Shown: positions 53,249-64,000 of the stretch, one piece after another
How positions within the stretch are numbered: position 1 is the first letter of the stretch
Layout of the letters: each line of letters opens with the position of its first letter
NCBI RefSeq assembly: GCF_009914755.1
Contig: NC_060926.1
Reading direction: 5' to 3' (one strand)
Origin: the human T2T-CHM13v2.0 reference genome, Homo sapiens
DNA length: 64,000 nt
Program-made: the position numbers and the translations under genes
Notes under the pieces: generated by a model
Seen by the model: the letters and a program-made list of their open reading frames with translations, nothing else
Database searches by the model: none
Told to the model about the DNA's origin: nothing

Positions 53249-53974
53249 GTGAGGCGGGCCGGGGAGGGGTGTGGAGCCGCGGCGAGTTGGGGGTGGAGGC
53301 TGGGCCCCGAGCGCTCCGCCCGCCCGCAGGTCACGCCGCCTGACGGAGAAAACGCGCGCAGCTGAGGCTAGTAGGCGGCCCAGACTCCAGCCCAGGTGCC
53401 GGCCGGCTGCTCCGCGTCTCCCAGGCTTTGTGGCAAAGACTTCTCGTTTCCTCCCCCTCGGTGGGTCCTGGGCCTTTTGAACTCCCGTAGACGTTCAGGG
53501 GAGCCTGCATTCCCCGTGAGAAACGCTGAGAGAGGACCACGGGTGTGTCGAGCCTTGAAGGAGGGAAAAGGCGGTGTAGGACCGGAGCGAGTGGTTGCCT
53601 GGGGAGCATCTTGTTGGGGAGACAGTGAACAGATGAGCTTGACTGAATTGCAGGACTCCCCTGAGGGAGTAATGTGGATAATGTACACCGCGCGATCACT
53701 TAGTCTGGAGAGGCTCCCCGCGGGTTTTCCTCCCCTGGACCATCATTTGTAGCAATAAAGGGGTTCCCCAGCCGATAGGAGGGGCTTGGAATGCAGGAGG
53801 CTTGTGATGCGGCTCCAAACAGTCTGCAAAACTACAAAGCACAGATAATACACAATGGAGAAAGCCGATTTCATGGTAGACCCCCGAAGATCATTTTGAA
53901 AATAACTCTCCATTTAATTTGCTGCCCTTACCCCCCTTTTTTTAACTTACTGCTTTTCGAGGAGCAAGACCTGC

Positions 53975-54190
53975 CCTGCTCAGTACAGTAGCCACTGGCC
54001 ACGTGTGGCTTTTTACATCTTAAAGAGAAAACTATTATAGTTTTGAGTAAGAGTTAAAAATAAATTAAATGAAAAATTCCATGCGTCTGTTCTTACCGGT
54101 TTTCAAGTGCTCAGCAGCCACACTAGGCTAGTGGCTACCATGTTGGACAGAGCAGATAATGGAACAGTTCCATCATCACAGACAGTGAAG
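53975..54190. mobile_element. MER3/MER33-like hAT element
   Basis: gtagccactggccacgtgtggc...gctagtggctaccatgttggacag. Confidence 0.68.
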
Positions 54191-54254
54191 GTGTAGAGTT
54201 TTGTCACTAATGAGCAGTAGTTGTTGTTTTGTCTGGTGAATATTCCAGGGGGTA

Positions 54255-55230
54255 CTTAATTCATTGAACATGTATTATTAGAATTCACCATGTGCCACAC
54301 ATTGTGCTGGGTGCTAAGGAAAGCTTGGTGAACCCAAACATTTTTGGTCTCTGCCTTCCTTGTGTTCATGGTCTAGACAGGGAGGCAGACAGATTTCAGA
54401 TGATCACATAAAGTGAAACTAATATATGTGCTAATATTCTATGAAAGCATAAAGTAAGATAATCTGGCCTTGTCAGTGAAGTTGGGAAAGCCTTCTTGAG
54501 GAGGTTATGATAGAGCTGATATCTGAAGACAGTTTAAGGTTAATCAGGCAAAGGGGAGGGAAAGAGCCGTCTAGCTGAGGGAAAAACACATGAAAAGGTA
54601 CTGTTGATGAGAGAGAGCATGGCATTTTCCAGGACCCAGAAGCCAACGTGGTTTGAGCACAGACTGCAAGGCTTTGTGTGCTATGCCAAGGATTTAGGGG
54701 CTTTATCTCTGGAGCTTTGGGGAGTTGAAGAAAATATTTGAAACGAGGGGATGTATGATAAGTTAGGTGTTTCAGAAAGGTCAGGTGTATAGCAGAGTGT
54801 GGAACAGCTGTGATAGCAAGGTGGGATGGGGAGCAGTAGCCATAGGTCAAGGGCATAAATTAGGAGACCATTGCAGCATTGCCCGGCAAAAGATGATGAA
54901 AGTTTGGAATAGGGAAGTGTTGGTGGATACAGGGAAAAGTGGACTGATTTGAGAGATATTTAAGAGGCAAAATCATCATACTTAATAACGGATGGGATGT
55001 GAAAGGTGAAGTAGCCAGGTGTTAGGTTATTGTTTGAATGGTTGTGCCAATATTAAGATATGGCCAGATTTATGGTGGAGGTGGTGGCTGTGAGTGGGTG
55101 GTGGAATTGGTTGGGTGAGTCTTAAGATTATGAGTTTGGTTTTGAAGATTGAAGGAGAAGGCTGGGCTAGAGATTTCAAGTTGTAAGTCATTTACATAGA
55201 GACCATAATTAAAGCCACACTTGTTGACTA
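54255..55230 (-). mobile_element. L2
   Basis: ttcattgaacatgtattattagaattcaccatgtgccacacattgtgctgg and downstream purine-rich L2 body. Confidence 0.75.
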
Positions 55231-55306
55231 GGTCTTCTAACTTTTATTTTGTCCTGTGACTTCTTGCTTGAATAACTATTAATATTCAAACTTTATCTTG
55301 AAGCCT

Positions 55307-58648
<3,342 letters not shown>

Positions 58649-59315
58649 TTGTATACGTTTTATTCTTAATATTAATCCTGTTTTGTGTTCCTAGGGTAAA
58701 AACTATTTAGTCGTAGTGTGCTTTTCTCTTGAGGAACTGCTAGATTTTATTTGCAGATATTTGATAATGGTTTTAAATGTTTTTCTGTTTGTTTTTTGTT
58801 TTCTTGGCCAGTATTTATCAAACTTGACATCAATATTATGCCATTTTCATAAAAGGTACTTGGATGATTTTTGTTTTTCTGGAACAGTGTAAGTACAAAG
58901 GAATTTTTCTTTCTTGTATGTTTGAAAGATATCACCATTTAAACTATCTCTGTATTCCTTTCAGGGTTGTAGTCTATATATGTTCTCCTTTCTTGGGTTA
59001 ATTTTGGTGGTTTTCCTAGGAAATCATTCTTTTCAGTAAGGGTTTCTAGTTAATTTTAATGGAGTGCTACACAGTATTCTTTATTTTTTCATTTGCCTCT
59101 GTGGTTATTTTCACTTCTCATTCCCAATTTTGTGTAATTATGCTTTATTTTTCTCCTGATTTGACTAGGTAGGGGTTTATTTAATTTATTTTTCATTCAA
59201 GGACACAGCTCTTGATTTAAGTTTCTGTTGCTGTTTATTTTTTAATTATTAAAAATTATTAATTTTAATAATAAGTTCAGTTTTCATCTTTTACTATTTC
59301 CTTAGGTTTACTTTG

Positions 59316-59316
<1 letters not shown>

Positions 59317-59349
<33 letters not shown>
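59317..59349. repeat. (TG)~16 microsatellite
   Basis: Read directly. Confidence 0.95.
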
Positions 59350-59351
<2 letters not shown>

Positions 59352-60894
59352 TTCCTTGTGTTGAGTGCTTAATTGACTTACTTAAAAACATTTTAATAGC
59401 TTTTTTGAGATATCATTCATATACTGTACAATTCACCTTTAATTTAAAGTGCACAATTCAGTCATTTTCTGTATATTCATAGATATGTGCCATCATGATC
59501 ACGGTCAATTTTAGAACATTTTATCACTTCTAAAAGAAACCCCATACACTTTAGCTGATATCCCCCGTCTTCCATTCCCCATATGCAACTATTAATCTAC
59601 CTTCTGTCTATAGATTTACCTATTTTGGGCATTTCATATAAATGGAATGATATGTGTTTTTGTGACTGGGCTTCTTTCACTTAGCTTAATGGTTTCAGGA
59701 TTCACCTGTGATGTGGCATGTATCAGTACTTCATTACTTTATATGGCTGAATAATATTTTATTATATGGATATGTGATATTTTGTATATCCATTCATCAG
59801 TTGATGGACATGTTTTTTTTCCTCCTTTTTGGCTATTATGTATAATGCTACCGTAGACATTCTTATATAAGTGTATGTGTGGACATATGGATTCATTTCT
59901 CTTGGATGTATATCTAGGAGTAGAATTTTTGGGACATATGGAATTCTGTTAACCTTTTAAGTTTCTGCCAGATTGTTTTCCAAAGTGGCCTTCCTATTAG
60001 CAGTGTATGAGAGTTCCAGTTTCTCCACATCCTTATCAGCACTTGTTATTACCTGACTTTTTTGTAGTTTTGATTTGCATTTCCCTTATGGTTCATGCAT
60101 CTATTCATGTGCTTCTTGGCCATTTGTGTGTCTTCTTTGGAGAAATATCTATTCAGGTCAAACTTTTGCCCATTCTTTAATTGGGTTATTTGTCTATTTA
60201 CTATTGGATTGTAAGAATTCTTTATATATATGCATATTACATATATAATCCCTTATCAATCAAGGGATTGACAAGATACAGTCCCTTGACAAATGTGAGG
60301 TCATGAGGACCTACTATGTTTTCTTTGAGATTTTATAGTATTGCTATTACATGTAGGTCTTTGATCCATTTTGAGTTAATTTTTGTATACGATATGAAGA
60401 AAGGGTTCAAACTTTATTCTTTCGTATGTGACTATCCAGCACTGTTTTTTTTTTTAAATTTTATTGATTTGTGTAAATTTATAGAGTTCAAGTATAATTT
60501 TGTTACATTGATATATTGCATAGCGGTAAAGTCAGGGCTTTTAGTGTATCCATCACTGGAGTAGCCTACGTTGTACTCATTAAGTAATTTCTCTTCATCC
60601 ACCCCACTCTCACACTCCCCACCCTTCCAAGATTCCACTCTCTGTCATTCCATACTCTGCTTCCACATGTACTTGTTGTTTAGCTCCCACTTGGAAGAAT
60701 AGGCAGTTTGTCTTTCTGCAGCACCATTTGTTAAAGAGGCTGTTCTTTTCCCCATTGATTGGTCTTAGTACCCTTGTAGAAAATCAGTTAGCCATAGATA
60801 TATGGGTTTATTTCTGGATTCCCAATTCTATTTCATTGATCTATATGCCCACCTTATTCCAGGAAACACTTTTTTTTTTTTTTTTCTGAGATAG

Positions 60895-61104
<210 letters not shown>

Positions 61105-61336
61105 TAAAGCCATCTGCCCACCTCGGCCTCTCAATGTGCTGGGATTACAGGCGTGAGCCACCATGCCTGACTAGGAGACACTCTTTTGATTAATATTGCT
61201 TTATAGTAAGTTTTGAAATGGGGGAGTTCTCCAACTTTGCTTTCCTTTTTCAAGATATTTTAGCCATTCTGGAGCCCCTTGCAATTCCATATGAATTTTA
61301 GATTAGCTTGTCAGTTTCTGCAAAGAAGCCAGCTAG

Positions 61337-61741
<405 letters not shown>

Positions 61742-62112
61742 TAGTTGTGTCAATTAATGATGAGGATACATTCTGAGAAATGTTTCATTACAGTATTTCA
61801 TTGTTGTGCAAACATCATATAGTGTACGTACACAAACCTAGATGGCATAGCCTACTACACACCTAGGCTATATAGTCTAACTGTTTGCTCCTAGGCTACA
61901 AACCTGTACAGCATGTTACAGTACTGAATACTGTAGGCAGTTGTAACACTGTGGTAAGTATTTGTGTTGGATACGTTTGTGTATCTAACACAAATACTTA
62001 GAAAAGGTATAGTAAAAATATGGTATTTTACATATATATGTGTATATATATATGTGTATATATATGTGTATATATATGTGTATATATATGTGTGTGTATA
62101 TATATATATGTG

Positions 62113-62146
<34 letters not shown>

Positions 62147-62510
62147 TTTTTGAGACAGAGTCTCGCTCTGTCACCGAGGCTGGAGTGCAGTGACACAATC
62201 TCCGCCCACTGCAACCACCGCTTCCCAGGCTCAAGTGATTCTCATGTCAGCCTCCTGAGTAGCTGGGATTACAGGTGTGTGCCACCATGCCTGGCTAATT
62301 TTTGTATTTTTAGTAGAGATGGGGTTTTGTCATGTTGCCTAGGCTGGTCCCGAACTCCTGACTCAAGTGATCTGCCCACCTTGGCCTCCCAAAGTGCTGG
62401 GATTAGAGGTGTGAGCCACCATGCTGGGCCGGTATTATAATCTTATAGGACCACCATTATGTATGTGGTCTGTAGTTGATGGAAATGTTCTGATGTGGCA
62501 TACAACTGTA
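61742..62510. mobile_element. Tigger3/MER7-like element containing an AluS (-, 62130-62430) with a (TA/TG)-rich tail
   Basis: cacaaacctagatggcatagcctactacacacctaggctata; agttgt...acaact termini flanked by TA. Confidence 0.78.
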
Positions 62511-62925
62511 ATTAGATCTTCTTTAAATTTCAATAATGTTTTATAGTTTTCAGAATTGCACTTTTTTTCTTAAATTCTTCAAAATACTGTTTTTAATGGT
62601 ATTGTCAGTGGAATTATTTTTCTTAATTGAATGTTTGGGTTATTCGTTGTAGATGTTTAAAAACACTTGATTTTTATATATATTAATATTGTTTCTGAAT
62701 CTCTTCTGAACTTGTTTATTCATCCTAGTAGATTATTTGTGGGTTCTCTATGATTTTCTTGTAAAGATCATGTCAAGGGCAAATATATATAGCTTTATTT
62801 TTTCTTTCCAATCTGGATGCCTTTTATGTATTTATTTATGGCTAATTGCCCTGGCTAGAACCTTTAGTAAAATATTCAATAGGAGGGGTAAGAGTGTATA
62901 TGCTTTTTTATTCCTGATCTTAGGG

Positions 62926-63109
62926 CAGGGGTGTCCAATCTTTTGGCTTCTCTGGGCTACATTGGAAGAATTGTCTTGGGCCACACATAAAATACACTAA
63001 CAATAGCTGATGAGCTAAAAAAAATTGCAAAAATATAATGTTTTAAGAAGGTTTACGAATTTGTGTTGGGCCACATTCATGGTCCTCGGCTGTGGGTTGG
63101 ACAAACTTG
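62926..63109 (+). mobile_element. MER30 (hAT-Charlie) with 8-bp TSD
   Basis: caggggtgtccaatc...gttggacaaacttg, flanked by TCTTAGGG at 62918 and 63110. Confidence 0.9.
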
Positions 63110-63353
63110 TCTTAGGGAGAAAGCATCCTGTCTTTTACCCCCGAGTATGATGTTAGTTGTGGGTTTTTAATAGATGCCCTTATCATATTGATGAAGTTTC
63201 TATCCCTAATTTCTTAAGTGTTTTTAATAATAATTTTGTCAAATTATTAATCGATGTATTACATTAATTGATATTAGGTTATTAAACCAGCCTTGTGAAA
63301 ATAACTCACTTTGTCACAGTGTATAAACATTTTATGTGTTGCCTGTCATAGAA

Positions 63354-63394
<41 letters not shown>

Positions 63395-63655
63395 TGTATT
63401 TTGTTTAGAGTTATTCCATCTATATTTGTAAGATATATTGGTCTGTAGTTTTCTTTTGATGCTTTTGTCTGGTTTGGTATCAGGGTAATATTGACCTCAT
63501 AAAGTGAATTGAAAGTATTCCTATTGGTTTTGGAAGAGTTTGTGAAGGACTGGCATTAATTCTTTGAAAGTTCGATAGGTTACATCAAATGGGTCTGAGC
63601 TCTTTTTTTTTTTTTTTTTTTTTTGCAGGATGGGGCATAGTATTTTAATTACTAA

Positions 63656-63996
<341 letters not shown>

Positions 63997-64000
63997 TGGT

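Larger units (their letters stand above)
52540..53720. promoter_or_regulatory. CpG island: TATA-less ALMS1 promoter, 5' UTR and exon 1
   Basis: Abrupt rise in GC and CpG density (e.g. cgcgcgcgcgg, gcggcggcgg) against CpG-depleted flanks. Confidence 0.92.

Noticed and set aside
53249-53365. C-terminal 38 aa of the 147-aa ORF (VRRAGEGCG...)
   Set aside because: Read-through past the canonical exon-1 donor; not part of ALMS1.

Overview
Primate, almost certainly human, genomic DNA that is dense in repeats. The only protein-coding sequence I can support is exon 1 of ALMS1 (Alstrom syndrome 1; + strand, ATG 52922, splice donor after 53248). It sits in a CpG island with X-box (RFX) and GC-box motifs and is followed by about 10.7 kb of intron 1. 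The upstream ~52 kb is intergenic and holds a full-length processed RPSA pseudogene (~36995-38045), a decayed ERV-L internal region, a decayed ERV1 pol/env region next to the promoter, about 40 Alus, many L1/L2/MIR fragments, MaLR LTRs and DNA-transposon fossils. Nearly all ORFs in the supplied track are Alu, L1 or microsatellite artefacts. I found no convincing new multi-gene system. The best leads are: a 5'-UTR (CCT)n tract that could pair with the coding (GAG)n tract across the ALMS1 start codon; an out-of-frame, strong-Kozak poly-glycine ORF in exon 1; a twin-primed inverted L1PA; and a locally templated 108-bp copy between two neighbouring LTRs. Repeat family names come from my recall of consensus sequences, and repeat boundaries are approximate.
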